From positions 200,040 through 264,039 of the forward strand of contig MEOH01000001.1 in NCBI GenBank assembly GCA_001769535.1: a stretch of 64,000 bases of DNA. The letters are read 5' to 3'. The notes under the pieces are model-generated. The model had not been told where the DNA came from. It made no database searches and worked only from the letters and a program-made list of their open reading frames with translations. Source of the DNA: Bacteroidetes bacterium GWF2_38_335. GTDB lineage: Bacteria > Bacteroidota > Bacteroidia > Bacteroidales > GWF2-38-335. Shown here in pieces: positions 27,132 through 37,444 of the stretch; position 1 is the first letter of the stretch, and every line of letters starts with the position of its first letter. The translations under genes and the position numbers were made by a program.

Positions 27132-27791
27132 TTATTTTAAAGCAGCCAAAATGGTTAAATTCCCACTTACCTTTTGATTAAGTCTAACTTTTATCTCTGC
27201 ATCAAGAGGCAAAAATATATCTACCCTGGATCCGAATTTAATAAATCCCATTTCTGTATTTTTTTTCGCTTGCGAATCCTCTTTGGCGTAAGTAACTATT
27301 CTGCGGGCAACGGCACCGGCAATTTGCCTCATCAGAATAGTTTTATTCTGCTGATTTTTAACAACCACAGTAGATCTTTCATTTTCTGTGGACGATTTAG
27401 GATGCCATGCCACAAGATGTTTTCCCGGATGATATTTACTGTAAATCACCTCACCATTCAAAGGATACCAATTAATATGAACGTTCAAGGGTGACATAAA
27501 AACGGAAATTTGAATCCTTTTTTCATTAAGAAACTCACCTTCAAATACTTCCTCTATAACGACTACCTTACCATCAGCCGGACAAATTATTTCGTGATCA
27601 GCAGAATTATTTACGCGATGAGGTTTTCTGAAAAACCAGAGAATGAAGAATATAAATATGGCTGATAGAAAAGTAACAAACACAGGAATCAACCACAAAT
27701 CGGGTAAAAAAAGATAAAATGGAATATTTATAATCATTAATAAGATCAGAACGATTATTATCGTGGTATTTCCCTCTTTATGGATTTTCAT
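27132..27791 (-). CDS. psd: Phosphatidylserine decarboxylase proenzyme
   Basis: FMSPLNVHINWYP and GFIKFGSRVDIFLP (self-cleavage G-S motif). The ATG overlaps the cdsA stop (TAATG). Confidence 0.85.
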   Translation of the reverse strand: MKIHKEGNTTIIIVLILLMIINIPFYLFLPDLWLIPVFVTFLSAIFIFFILWFFRKPHRVNNSADHEIICPADGKVVVIEEVFEGEFLNEKRIQISVFMSPLNVHINWYPLNGEVIYSKYHPGKHLVAWHPKSSTENERSTVVVKNQQNKTILMRQIAGAVARRIVTYAKEDSQAKKNTEMGFIKFGSRVDIFLPLDAEIKVRLNQKVSGNLTILAALK

Positions 27792-28699
27792 TATCTGACA
27801 AGTTGGAGATAAGTAAATACAAGTGGTATAGCTAAAATAAAACTATCAAAGCGATCCAGAATGCCTCCGTGACCCGGCATTATTTTACCGGAATCTTTCA
27901 CTCCCACAGCCCTTTTCAGCATAGATTCGGTCAAATCACCATAAGTTCCAATGATTATCACGATTCCTCCAATGGCATATAGCTCATACATTGAAAGTTC
28001 TTTATAAAATACCGAAATAAAATAAATTAGAACAAGCGTGGAGGCGGCGCCACCCAAAAATCCCTCCCAGGTTTTTTTAGGGGAAATTTTTTCAAAAAGT
28101 TTGTTTCTTCCGAAGGTAAGTCCGAACAAGTATGACATGGTGTCGAATGACCAAATCAGAACAAAAACCACCAAAAGAATTTTAGGTTGGTAAATGATGC
28201 TGGTATCCTTTGAAATCAGACTGAAATAGTTTACTACCTCGTTAATGGCATCCAATGAAAAATCCTGTGTGACCTCATAACTTTCGACAATATATTTTGT
28301 ATCAAATACTATATGAGGCAGAATCGAGAAAGGAAATGCCACATAGATTATTCCCATAAAAGTGGCTGCAATATTGATAAATGGACGTTTTGAATCCTGA
28401 TATATTTCAGTAATAAAGACCAATATCATAAAAGGAATAAAAACAAGAAAAAACTGAATATCAATAATATCAATAGCATAAAGAAAGTTGATAAAGTAAA
28501 ACAGAACTCCGATAATTACCCCAGTAATTTTTTGCGGATGTACTTTATTAAAGTTAGACAGTCTGTAAAATTCCACCATTCCGGCAATCATAATCGCCAG
28601 AAAAACCAACAAAAAAGTAAAACTGCTAAAAAGCAAACTTCCGGCAATCAATGCCACAAAAAGAATTCCGGTTACCGAACGGGCGAAAAAATTATCCAT
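27791..28699 (-). CDS. cdsA: Phosphatidate cytidylyltransferase
   Basis: SMLKRAVGVKDSGKIMPGHGGILDRFDS signature. Start set to MDNFFARS (28699), which avoids overlap with ftsH. Confidence 0.85.
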   Translation of the reverse strand: MDNFFARSVTGILFVALIAGSLLFSSFTFLLVFLAIMIAGMVEFYRLSNFNKVHPQKITGVIIGVLFYFINFLYAIDIIDIQFFLVFIPFMILVFITEIYQDSKRPFINIAATFMGIIYVAFPFSILPHIVFDTKYIVESYEVTQDFSLDAINEVVNYFSLISKDTSIIYQPKILLVVFVLIWSFDTMSYLFGLTFGRNKLFEKISPKKTWEGFLGGAASTLVLIYFISVFYKELSMYELYAIGGIVIIIGTYGDLTESMLKRAVGVKDSGKIMPGHGGILDRFDSFILAIPLVFTYLQLVR

Positions 28700-28712
28700 T
28701 GTTATAGTATTT

Positions 28713-30695
28713 TTAAACCAGTGGCCCTGGTTCAGCAGAACCATTGGCGTTAGCGAGAAGCATTTTCTGTTTCTCCTCTTCTATCTTTTCATGCTCAATT
28801 TCTTCTTCGCGGCTTTTAAATTTTCTAGGGCCAAAAATTTCAATTAGATCATCTTGGAAAATCACTTCTTTTTCAAGCAGTTTTTCAGCAAGTTTAACAA
28901 GTCCATCACGGTTCGCAGACAATAAAGTCTGTGCTCTGAGATATTGCTCCTCAACAAGAAATTTAACTTCAGAATCAATCATTTCGGCTGTTTTTTCGCT
29001 ATAAGGGCGATTAAATGCAAAATCGCTTTGACCTGTTGAATCATAATAGCTTACATTTCCGACTTTATCGCTCATTCCGAAAAATGTCACCATTGCATAA
29101 GCATGTTTGGTAACTCTTTCAAGGTCATTTAAAGCGCCTGAAGAAACCATGCCGAAATTTATTTGTTCAGATGCGCGACCTCCAAGCAATGCACACATTT
29201 CATCAAACATTTGCTGCCGGTTGGTAATTTGTCTTTCCTCTGGAAGATACCAAGCGGCTCCAAGTGCTTTTCCTCTAGGAATAATGGTGACTTTAACAAG
29301 CGGATTTGCATATTCAAGCAGCCAGCTTATAGATGCATGTCCGGCTTCATGATAAGCAATTGTTCTCTTTTCATTTTTGGTAATTACCTTACTGCGTTTC
29401 TCCAAACCGCCGATAATTCTGTCAACAGCATCCAGAAAATCTTGTTTATCAACGCTGGTATGCTCTTTACGCGCAGCAATCAGTGCGGCTTCATTGCAAA
29501 TATTGGCAATATCGGCACCTGAAAAGCCCGGTGTTTGTTTTGCAAGAAAATCAACGCTGACATCTGTTCCGACTTTTAGAGGTTTCATGTGAACTTTAAA
29601 TATTTGCTCACGTTCTTTTAGTTCGGGTAGCTCAACGTGTATCTGTCTGTCGAAACGTCCTGCGCGCATGAGCGCTTTGTCAAGAATATCAGCACGGTTT
29701 GTGGCAGCCAGAATAATCACACCGCTATTTGTTCCAAAACCATCCATTTCGGTAAGCAGTTGGTTTAGTGTATTTTCCCTTTCATCATTTGCTCCATAAT
29801 TGGCGTTTCTGCCTCTTGCACGACCGATGGCATCAATTTCATCAATAAAAACGATGCAGGGCGCTTTAGTTTTTGCCTGTTTAAAAAGATCGCGAACCCT
29901 TGAAGCTCCTACTCCAACAAACATTTCAACAAAATCGGAACCCGAAATTGAGAAAAAAGGAACATTGGCTTCGCCGGCTACTGCTTTTGCCAAGAGGGTT
30001 TTTCCGGTACCCGGAGGACCAACCAGTAAAGCGCCCTTTGGTATTTTTCCCCCCAGCTGGGTATATTTTTTAGGGTTTTTCAGAAACTCCACAATTTCCA
30101 TTATCTCAACCTTTGCCTCCTCTAGTCCGGCCACATCATTAAAATTAACCTTGATCTGAGCTTCCTTATCAAAGAGTTGGGCTTTGGACTTGCCTATATT
30201 GAAAATCTGACTGCCACCACCTGCTCCTGCGCTCATTTTTCGGAAAATGAAAATCCAGATTGCAACAATAACAATTATTGGCAGTAACCATCCCAGTACA
30301 TCACCCAAAACATTCTCCCTTTTTTCGGGAATTGGAATAACTTTTTCTGATTCTGAAACGTCTTTCTGTATTTCCTCAACTTTCTCCATAAATTTATCAG
30401 CCGGACCGGTCTCAAACTTATAATGCGGACCCTCACCTTCGAGGTCTTTGTAATTAGCCAGACTGTCTTTTTTAATAAAAATCTCGGCAGATTCGCCGTT
30501 AACAAGAATTATTTTTTCCACATGGCCTTTAGCAAGGATTTCGTGAAACTTTTTTGGTTCGATTTCCTGACTCTCAACCCCTGTATTCAGGAAAGTAATT
30601 GCAAGAAAGCCTAATGCAAGGATTCCGTATATCCAGTATATATTGAATTTAGGTTTATTTGTTGGCTTTTGATTTTTCTGATTATTATCTTCCAT
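28713..30695 (-). CDS. ftsH: ATP-dependent zinc metalloprotease FtsH
   Basis: [17 protein letters not shown], the AAA second region of homology, and the HEAGHA zinc site. Confidence 0.95.
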   Translation of the reverse strand: MEDNNQKNQKPTNKPKFNIYWIYGILALGFLAITFLNTGVESQEIEPKKFHEILAKGHVEKIILVNGESAEIFIKKDSLANYKDLEGEGPHYKFETGPADKFMEKVEEIQKDVSESEKVIPIPEKRENVLGDVLGWLLPIIVIVAIWIFIFRKMSAGAGGGSQIFNIGKSKAQLFDKEAQIKVNFNDVAGLEEAKVEIMEIVEFLKNPKKYTQLGGKIPKGALLVGPPGTGKTLLAKAVAGEANVPFFSISGSDFVEMFVGVGASRVRDLFKQAKTKAPCIVFIDEIDAIGRARGRNANYGANDERENTLNQLLTEMDGFGTNSGVIILAATNRADILDKALMRAGRFDRQIHVELPELKEREQIFKVHMKPLKVGTDVSVDFLAKQTPGFSGADIANICNEAALIAARKEHTSVDKQDFLDAVDRIIGGLEKRSKVITKNEKRTIAYHEAGHASISWLLEYANPLVKVTIIPRGKALGAAWYLPEERQITNRQQMFDEMCALLGGRASEQINFGMVSSGALNDLERVTKHAYAMVTFFGMSDKVGNVSYYDSTGQSDFAFNRPYSEKTAEMIDSEVKFLVEEQYLRAQTLLSANRDGLVKLAEKLLEKEVIFQDDLIEIFGPRKFKSREEEIEHEKIEEEKQKMLLANANGSAEPGPLV

Positions 30696-30714
30696 CTTCT
30701 CCTCCGCTTATTTT

Positions 30715-31071
30715 CTAATTAAACTTTTTAATTTTGGCATCTGCCCATAAATTCTCAAGGTTGTAAAAATTTCTATATTGAGTCTGAAATACATGCACCA
30801 CAATACTTGCGTAATCAAGCAATATCCATTGAGAATTTTCGGTGCCTTCCCTTTTCCAGACTTTTTCGTTCAGTGTATTTCTTGTGAATTCCTCAATTGA
30901 TCCGGCAATGGCATTGACCTGAGTAGTGGAATCAGCATGACAAATAACAAAATACCTGCAAACCACATTCTGATGTTTTGAAAGGTCAATACTAATAATA
31001 TCACTGCCTTTTTTTTCCTTTATTCCTTCAATTATTGCTTTAAGAAGTTGATCCGTATTATCTTTGCTCAT
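30715..31071 (-). CDS. rsfS: Ribosome silencing factor
   Basis: 118 aa. YFVICHADSTTQVNAI...WILLDYASIVVHVFQTQYRNFYNLENLW matches the iojap/RsfS pattern. Confidence 0.85.
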   Translation of the reverse strand: MSKDNTDQLLKAIIEGIKEKKGSDIISIDLSKHQNVVCRYFVICHADSTTQVNAIAGSIEEFTRNTLNEKVWKREGTENSQWILLDYASIVVHVFQTQYRNFYNLENLWADAKIKKFN

Positions 31072-31089
31072 ATATATTTAAATAATATG

Positions 31090-31097
31090 CAAAGTTA
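31090..31097 (-). promoter_or_regulatory. -7 box TAACTTTG for the rsfS-ftsH-cdsA-psd operon
   Basis: Exact TAnnTTTG on the minus strand, 18 nt upstream of ATG 31071. Confidence 0.5.
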
Positions 31098-31269
31098 ATA
31101 TTTTTTTATGGTTCAACATACAAGTAAAAAATTTAATCCACCTTCGGGTTTATTTCGGTGGACTAGTAGGTTAAGTTAATTATGCCCTGCAGCGCTTTTA
31201 ACCAGAGTTATGAACTGACACAGAGGTTAATACAATTTAACAACTTTAATTTTTTTAATCTAAAATGAG

Positions 31270-32010
31270 ATGAATTTCAGACAAATAAAAATCTACAGGC
31301 CTGAACAAACGAATTCAACAAACAGTTTTGCATCAAACCTCATCAATGAAGGCAAAGAAAAGACTGAATTTGTTGTAATCACGAAACGGCAGGATAAAGG
31401 AAAAGGCCAAAACACAAACAAATGGGAAAGCGAACCCGATAAAAACCTGACTTTTTCCCTTGCAATTTTTCCTGAACAATTTCCTCCTCAAAAACAATTT
31501 TTAATTTCAAAAGCAGTTTCACTTTCAATATTAGAGGTGCTGATAAATGAAATTATGGGTGTTTCAATAAAATGGCCAAATGACATTTACATAGGAGATA
31601 AAAAAGTTGCAGGAATACTCATTGAAAACACGATTAAAGGATCTGTGCTTTCCCACAGTATTATTGGGATTGGGTTGAATGTTAATCAGGAAATATTTAT
31701 TTCAGATGCACCCAACCCTGTTTCTTTGAGAATGCTGACCGGAAAAAATTATGATACTGAAGTTCTTTTCAAACTAATCATGGAAAAAATTGAAAAAAGG
31801 TTTACAGAAATCTTTAACGGTTCTTTCATAAATACTGACATTGAATACGAAAAAAGCATGTATCTAATTGGGAAAGAAAGCCGCTTTCTTGAAAACGGTA
31901 TTGAATTTTCAGGGGTCATTGAAGGAGTAAATGACTACGGACAATTAAAAATCAACACCGGAAAACTGATTCGTGTTTTCAACTTTAACGAAATCAAATT
32001 TATTATATAA
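31270..32010 (+). CDS. birA: Biotin-[acetyl-CoA-carboxylase] ligase (no N-terminal HTH)
   Basis: TKRQDKGKGQNTNKWES and KWPNDIYIGDKKVAGILIE motifs. Confidence 0.8.
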   Translation: MNFRQIKIYRPEQTNSTNSFASNLINEGKEKTEFVVITKRQDKGKGQNTNKWESEPDKNLTFSLAIFPEQFPPQKQFLISKAVSLSILEVLINEIMGVSIKWPNDIYIGDKKVAGILIENTIKGSVLSHSIIGIGLNVNQEIFISDAPNPVSLRMLTGKNYDTEVLFKLIMEKIEKRFTEIFNGSFINTDIEYEKSMYLIGKESRFLENGIEFSGVIEGVNDYGQLKINTGKLIRVFNFNEIKFII

Positions 32011-32045
32011 TGGCACCAAAAAAACGCCAAATCAGCGGTGTTTTA

Positions 32046-32678
32046 CTATTTTCCCCAATTTGCAGGATCTACGCGCCATACCTTAAGAGCTTCAGCATCT
32101 TTCTCAGTTATATAACCGGTTTCAAGAGAAAGCTCAATAAGTGCGTTGTAATTGCTGAGAGCCGTCAGTTCAACATTTTTGGCTAAAAACCCATCAGTTG
32201 CTTTTTGAAAACCATAAGTAAAAATTGCAACCATTCCCAAAACGTTGGCATTGACATTTCTAAGAGCATCCACAGCACTCAGACTGCTTCCGCCGGTTGA
32301 AATAAGATCCTCAACCACAACAACTTTTTTGTTTTCGGGAACAACTCCTTCAATCTGGTTGCCAAGACCATGGTCTTTAGCCGAACTTCTGATATAGATA
32401 AAAGGTTTGTTAAGTTCCTGTGCAACCAACGCTCCAATGGCAATTGCTCCGGTTGCAACACCGGCAATCACCTCAACGTCGGCATATTTTTCCCTGATAA
32501 CTTCCACAAACTGGTCTCTTATAAAGGTCCTGGTTTCATGAAAAGAAAGGGTTTTGCGGTTATCACAATAGATGGGTGATTTCCATCCCGAAGCCCAAGT
32601 AAAAGGATTTGCGGGTTGTAATTTTATTGCTTTAATTTGCAATAAATGTTCTGCAATTTTTTTTTCTCTTGTTTTCAT
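32046..32678 (-). CDS. pyrE: Orotate phosphoribosyltransferase
   Basis: FTWASGWKSPIYCDNR and the VVVVEDLISTGGSS PRPP-binding motif. Confidence 0.9.
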   Translation of the reverse strand: MKTREKKIAEHLLQIKAIKLQPANPFTWASGWKSPIYCDNRKTLSFHETRTFIRDQFVEVIREKYADVEVIAGVATGAIAIGALVAQELNKPFIYIRSSAKDHGLGNQIEGVVPENKKVVVVEDLISTGGSSLSAVDALRNVNANVLGMVAIFTYGFQKATDGFLAKNVELTALSNYNALIELSLETGYITEKDAEALKVWRVDPANWGK

Positions 32679-32685
32679 GTTGCAA

Positions 32686-33288
32686 ATGTATAAAGTTTTT
32701 TACAACGACCGAATAGTTTTTATAACAGATAAACCTTTAAAAAAGGATATCGACAAACATATTTTTTGTGACAAAAAAAGTTTAATTCAAGTATTAAATG
32801 TATTTGAAAATAGTCCGGAAAAAAAAGAGCTTCAGATTGTACACAAATACCCAAAGGAAATTGTTAAAGTGATTGCGGGGATTTATACTTATATTGAAGC
32901 TGCCGGAGGAATTGTAATTAATACCAAAGGAGAATTTCTTGCCATAAAAAGACTTGGAAAATGGGACTTTCCCAAGGGCAAAATTGAAGTCAACGAAACA
33001 CCCGAAATTGCTGCAATCAGAGAAGTTGAAGAAGAGTGTGGTATTGTTGGTCCGGTTATTAAAAAGGAATTGGATTGCACCTTTCATTTTTATCAATCTG
33101 GCGAAAAGAGATTTTTAAAAAAAACCTTTTGGTTTGAGATGTATTATGAGGGTACAAAAAATTTAAAACCACAAGCCGAAGAAATGATTGAATTTGCGGG
33201 TTGGTTTAAAAAAAGTGCGTTAAAAAAAATTGCTTTGGAAACCTATTCTTCCCTTGGTGATTTGCTTGAAAAATCAGGCTATGTGTAA
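32686..33288 (+). CDS. NUDIX hydrolase
   Basis: Nudix box GKWDFPKGKIEVNETPEIAAIREVEEECGI. Start at MYKVFYND (32686) or MLQMYKV (32677). The track start 32572 would overlap pyrE by 107 nt. Confidence 0.75.
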   Translation: MYKVFYNDRIVFITDKPLKKDIDKHIFCDKKSLIQVLNVFENSPEKKELQIVHKYPKEIVKVIAGIYTYIEAAGGIVINTKGEFLAIKRLGKWDFPKGKIEVNETPEIAAIREVEEECGIVGPVIKKELDCTFHFYQSGEKRFLKKTFWFEMYYEGTKNLKPQAEEMIEFAGWFKKSALKKIALETYSSLGDLLEKSGYV

Positions 33289-33290
33289 AA

Positions 33291-34766
33291 TTATTGTTTG
33301 TCGCGATCAAACAAATCATCAAATATGGGACTTTCTCTTTCATCGGGCGGACCAAACTTCTTAATAAATTGTTTATCGAAATACTCTGAAGGTGCGTTGG
33401 CAGGTGAAATAAAAAACTTTCCTTCTTTATCAATTACAAAACAGGTCGGATATGCCGTTACCCCGTACTTTTCAAGAACTGATTTATCCTTGCCTGCATA
33501 CAAAAAAGGTATTTTATAATTTTTACCATTTAAAAATGCAGTTATATCTTCATGTTTTTCATCAGCGGCAATCACTAGTATCTGCAAGCTATCCCCAAAT
33601 TGTTTACTGATTTGCGAAAGTTGTTCAAATTCCTGTTTGCAGCCATATTTCCATGTTGCAGCAAAAAGCAGATAAACATATTTGCCCCGATAATTTTTAA
33701 GAGAAATGTCTTGTTTTTTTTGGTCAGGCAAAACAAAATCGGGTGCTTTAAAACCAGGCATCAAACAGGTAACTTTTTCCTTTATATTCAAAGCAATAGC
33801 TTTAAATTCGGCGATGTCAGTTTGCAGGCAAAATGAATCCAACATCATCAGCAATTGATTTGAAGGAATACGATTTTTAAACATACCCACTTCGGTTGAG
33901 AAATTGTAAAAACCATCATGGATTCCTTTTAAAATAACAAGATCTGCCAGCGTATCATTTTTAAAAATAAGGTTTCTCGACAAAATAAATTTTTTCATTG
34001 CCATATAACTTCTTTCCTTTTCAACAACTGAAATGATTTCAGCATTGTTAACGGTTTTGGCAAAGGCAATAAAAAAGTCCTGAAAAACACTATTAAAAAG
34101 TTCCATATAAGCAGGATTATCAAACCTTACCGGATTAAAAGTAAAATAGCTTCTGATGGCATTCTCAGTGGTAAGTTTATGAACCATTTGCCTTAAATAA
34201 CCAAGCTTATATTTTTTATATGTTTGAAAATACGGATGTTTGCAGAAAGAAAAATAGTTGTTAAAAATAACCGCAACTGTATCCACCTGTCTAATATAGT
34301 TTTCTGCAGCAATTGTGCTGTTGGAAAGAATAAACCTGTTAAAGGTAACATCAAATGTACCAATTACATAATTTAGTTCTTTTGAATTTGTGTCATTAAT
34401 AAAAATTTCCTGATTTATAGGTTCAAAAAAAGGATTGAATTTATCCTGATCGGTAGGCAAGGTTTTATCAGGCAATTCGATGTCATAAGTTTTTCCGGGT
34501 TCAATAAACATAGAGCCCTTAAAAACGTACAGGTCAAAATAAATTAAAATAATCTTGTCGGTTTTGATAACTGTTTGGAAAGTTCCATCGGGTTTAAAAG
34601 AAATTTCAGCAAGAAGCAGTTTTTCGCCGGTAATATAGTCTTTTACAGTATAAACAGGAATTTTATCTGTAGTATATCCCTTTGCTTTTCCTTTTAGGAT
34701 AACATCAGATCCAAAACTATAAAATGAAATTATTAATAAAAGCAGTATCCCGGTTTGCGATTTCAT
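33291..34766 (-). CDS. Secreted TlpA/redoxin-like thioredoxin-fold protein with a long N-terminal domain and a degenerate active site
   Basis: Signal peptide. C-terminal APDFVLPDQKKQDISLKNYRGKYVYLLFAATWKYGCKQEF aligns with the FWASWCxPC region, but only one Cys remains (WKYGC). Confidence 0.65.
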   Translation of the reverse strand: MKSQTGILLLLIISFYSFGSDVILKGKAKGYTTDKIPVYTVKDYITGEKLLLAEISFKPDGTFQTVIKTDKIILIYFDLYVFKGSMFIEPGKTYDIELPDKTLPTDQDKFNPFFEPINQEIFINDTNSKELNYVIGTFDVTFNRFILSNSTIAAENYIRQVDTVAVIFNNYFSFCKHPYFQTYKKYKLGYLRQMVHKLTTENAIRSYFTFNPVRFDNPAYMELFNSVFQDFFIAFAKTVNNAEIISVVEKERSYMAMKKFILSRNLIFKNDTLADLVILKGIHDGFYNFSTEVGMFKNRIPSNQLLMMLDSFCLQTDIAEFKAIALNIKEKVTCLMPGFKAPDFVLPDQKKQDISLKNYRGKYVYLLFAATWKYGCKQEFEQLSQISKQFGDSLQILVIAADEKHEDITAFLNGKNYKIPFLYAGKDKSVLEKYGVTAYPTCFVIDKEGKFFISPANAPSEYFDKQFIKKFGPPDERESPIFDDLFDRDKQ

Positions 34767-34771
34767 TTATT

Positions 34772-35236
34772 TTATTTTTTCAGGTCAACGGCATCAGGAA
34801 CAAACATGCTTGCATCGCCTCCATTTCTGACAATATCACGAACAATTGTCGAATTTATGGGTGTAAGTTCAGGGGTTGTAAGCAGGAAAACAGACTCGAT
34901 ATGTTTCGCAAGCATTTTGTTAGTCTGGGCAATAGCCCTTTCATACTCAAAATCAGCTGCGGTTCTCAATCCTCTTAAAATATACTTTGCTTTCATACGG
35001 TTGCAAAAATCAACAGTTAAACCCTGATAAGCTTCAACAACAATTTTCGGTTCATTTTTAAAAACATCTTTTATCCAGCCCATCCTCTTTTCTAACGGGA
35101 AAAACCCGTCTTTATTTGAATTATATCCAATGGCAATAATAATTTTATCAAAAAGAGGCAAAGCCCTGTTTACAATTGACTCATGTCCCTTGGTGAAAGG
35201 ATCGAAAGACCCCGGGAATATTGCGATTTTTTCCAT
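34772..35236 (-). CDS. coaD: Phosphopantetheine adenylyltransferase
   Basis: MEKIAIFPGSFDPFTKGHESIV. Start 35236 is supported by the -7 box at 35256-35263. Confidence 0.9.
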   Translation of the reverse strand: MEKIAIFPGSFDPFTKGHESIVNRALPLFDKIIIAIGYNSNKDGFFPLEKRMGWIKDVFKNEPKIVVEAYQGLTVDFCNRMKAKYILRGLRTAADFEYERAIAQTNKMLAKHIESVFLLTTPELTPINSTIVRDIVRNGGDASMFVPDAVDLKK

Positions 35237-35255
35237 ATGCTGATTTTTTAACATC

Positions 35256-35263
35256 CAAATTTA
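35256..35263 (-). promoter_or_regulatory. -7 box TAAATTTG for coaD
   Basis: Exact TAnnTTTG on the minus strand, 19 nt upstream of ATG 35236. Confidence 0.45.
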
Positions 35264-35329
35264 CAATAATTGTTTAAAAAAGTGATTTAAATGACCGGCT
35301 AAAGTGAAAACAACAAAACCAAAAAATAC

Positions 35330-36418
35330 TCAATCGCTGTTAATCAATTCATTGATATAGTTAAGAAAAATATTCTTTTGGCTTTCCACTGAATATCTTT
35401 CAACAACTGTTTTACGTCCGTTTGTTCCGATTTTTAATCTGAGCTCAGGATTTTCAATTAATAAGGATAGTTTATCGACCCATTCTTCTTCATTTTCTGC
35501 CAAAAAACCATTTTCACCATCATTAATAATTTCAACGTTAACTCCAACCGGCGACATAATGGTGGGTATTTCCATGGCCATGTACTGGAGGCCTTTGAGT
35601 CCACATTTACCTTTGGCCCATTCATCATTTGGAAGAGGCATTATTCCTATGTCAAATGAATTCAGAATTACTGTTTCATCTTTTTTATTCCAAGCCAAAC
35701 CTTTAATATTCAACTCTTCATTTATATAGGTGCTGTCGCCAATAACCTTGAAAACAACCTTTGAACCATATTTTTTCTTTATTCTTTTCAGGAATGGAAT
35801 TGCATAATCAAAATGCTGAATTGTTGTAATACTTCCACTCCAGCCAATGCAGACGGTCTCAGGGTTTTCGGTTTTTTCAAGTTTGTAATACTCTCTGGTG
35901 TCTATTGTTGTAGGGATAATTCGTGTGTTTTTATTATAATTCAATGCATAATCTGAAAGATAACAATTGCCTGCAAAAACCAAATCTGAAAATGAAATAA
36001 TTTTCGCTGTTTTTTGTGGATTTTTTAACCAGTTAAATTTTTTATTTGCATCTGAAACATTTGGGAGCCAAATTGAATCATCAAAATCAAATATGACTTT
36101 TGTTTTTTTTGCGAACCGCTTCTCAAAATAAGTAAACCCTAGAAAAAACGCTTCTCTCTGAATAAAAACCAAATCATATTTTGACGATCGTGAAACATCT
36201 TTAAGTCTGATAAAAAAATATTTAACCATCAAGAAGAACTTTCTAATTGCCTTTCCCTTTGAGTAAAAGACTTTATCATCTTTTTCACTGACAAGATAAG
36301 AAAAGGTATAATCAAATCCATTTTCACTAAGAAAATCAAGATATTGCTCAAACCTGAACCTCTGGCTTGGAGCTCTGTCTTTTCTAAGTGGGGCTATAAA
36401 GAGTATTTTGTTTTTCAC
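35330..36418 (-). CDS. Glycosyltransferase (GT-B, family 4-like)
   Basis: C-terminal GLKGLQYMAMEIPTIMSPVGVNVEIINDGENGFL is the GT1/GT4 E-x7-E-like region. GTG 36418 is chosen as the start to avoid a 104-nt overlap with the epimerase; the start is uncertain. Confidence 0.65.
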   Translation of the reverse strand: MKNKILFIAPLRKDRAPSQRFRFEQYLDFLSENGFDYTFSYLVSEKDDKVFYSKGKAIRKFFLMVKYFFIRLKDVSRSSKYDLVFIQREAFFLGFTYFEKRFAKKTKVIFDFDDSIWLPNVSDANKKFNWLKNPQKTAKIISFSDLVFAGNCYLSDYALNYNKNTRIIPTTIDTREYYKLEKTENPETVCIGWSGSITTIQHFDYAIPFLKRIKKKYGSKVVFKVIGDSTYINEELNIKGLAWNKKDETVILNSFDIGIMPLPNDEWAKGKCGLKGLQYMAMEIPTIMSPVGVNVEIINDGENGFLAENEEEWVDKLSLLIENPELRLKIGTNGRKTVVERYSVESQKNIFLNYINELINSD

Positions 36419-36428
36419 CAGGATAATT

Positions 36429-37421
36429 TTATTCTTGCCAAACTTTCGGGAGCTTTTCAAACAACTCAATTTCCTTGAATTTTGGAGTCTCCCTGGCACC
36501 ATGTTCCTTAACCCATTTTGCCATTTTTTCAACTCCCTCCTTTAGTGAAATATGATTTGCTATTTTGAAAATGTTTTTTGCTTTTGAATGATCAGAATAT
36601 GCGTTTTGAACTTCATTTCGTGGAGGGAGATACCTTATTTCCTCCTTAATTTTCATCACATCCATAATTGTATTGGCAAGTTCATTTACTGTATATTCTT
36701 TATCTGCCCCAATGTTAATTATTTGATTATAAGCGCTTTCAATAAACACAGAATTAGCGATATAAGGAGCAACATCGCCAATATAACTGAATGCTCTGGT
36801 TTGAGTACCATCACCAAAAATTGTCAATGGCTTACCCAATAAAAGCTGGTTCATAAAAATTCCCAGAACATTTCTATACTTGTCTGCAATATTCTGATAC
36901 TCACCATAAACATTATGAGGTCTGAATATAATATATTTCAGGCCAAACATTTCATGGGTAACAAATAAATCACGCTCGACAGCATATTTTGAAATGCCAT
37001 AGGGATCTTCGGGTAAGGGAACCATATCCTCACTCATGGGAAGTTGTCCTGCCCCATAAACTGCTATTGAAGATGTGAACACAAAACATTTTATCTTATG
37101 CTTCACAGATTCATTGATCAGATTAACACTCCCAATCAAATTATTGGTATAATTGAATCTTTTGATAAAATGGCTTAACCCTTCGGCAGCGTATGCAGCA
37201 AGATGATAAACGTAATCAATTTTGTAATCATTGAATAGCTTTTCCAAAAGCTTATGATCTGTAATGGAACCTTTGATGAAAAGAGCTTTAGGATTAACAT
37301 TATCAATATATCCACCACTTAAATCATCCAAAACAATTACATTATGGTTCAGTTTTATTAATTCATTTGTGACATGAGCCCCAATAAATCCCGCACCGCC
37401 GGTGACTAATGAATAATTCAT
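36429..37421 (-). CDS. NAD-dependent sugar epimerase/dehydratase (SDR family)
   Basis: MNYSLVTGGAGFIGAHV Rossmann motif and the YGISKYAVE catalytic YxxxK. Confidence 0.85.
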   Translation of the reverse strand: MNYSLVTGGAGFIGAHVTNELIKLNHNVIVLDDLSGGYIDNVNPKALFIKGSITDHKLLEKLFNDYKIDYVYHLAAYAAEGLSHFIKRFNYTNNLIGSVNLINESVKHKIKCFVFTSSIAVYGAGQLPMSEDMVPLPEDPYGISKYAVERDLFVTHEMFGLKYIIFRPHNVYGEYQNIADKYRNVLGIFMNQLLLGKPLTIFGDGTQTRAFSYIGDVAPYIANSVFIESAYNQIINIGADKEYTVNELANTIMDVMKIKEEIRYLPPRNEVQNAYSDHSKAKNIFKIANHISLKEGVEKMAKWVKEHGARETPKFKEIELFEKLPKVWQE

Positions 37422-37444
37422 ATAAAAGTTTTTACAAATTTAAA

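Noticed and set aside
28744-30159. Series of 71-119-aa plus-strand ORFs
   Set aside because: All are antisense shadows within ftsH. Their products are Ser/Ala/Pro-rich with low information content.
31072-31269. Possible small RNA in the rsfS/birA divergent spacer (hairpin TCCACC-N14-GGTGGA at about 31137-31162, and GGTTAA...TTAACC pairing)
   Set aside because: The stems are short and AT-rich elsewhere, there is no terminator-like end, and no second copy exists for comparison. The evidence is insufficient beyond ordinary promoter-region structure.
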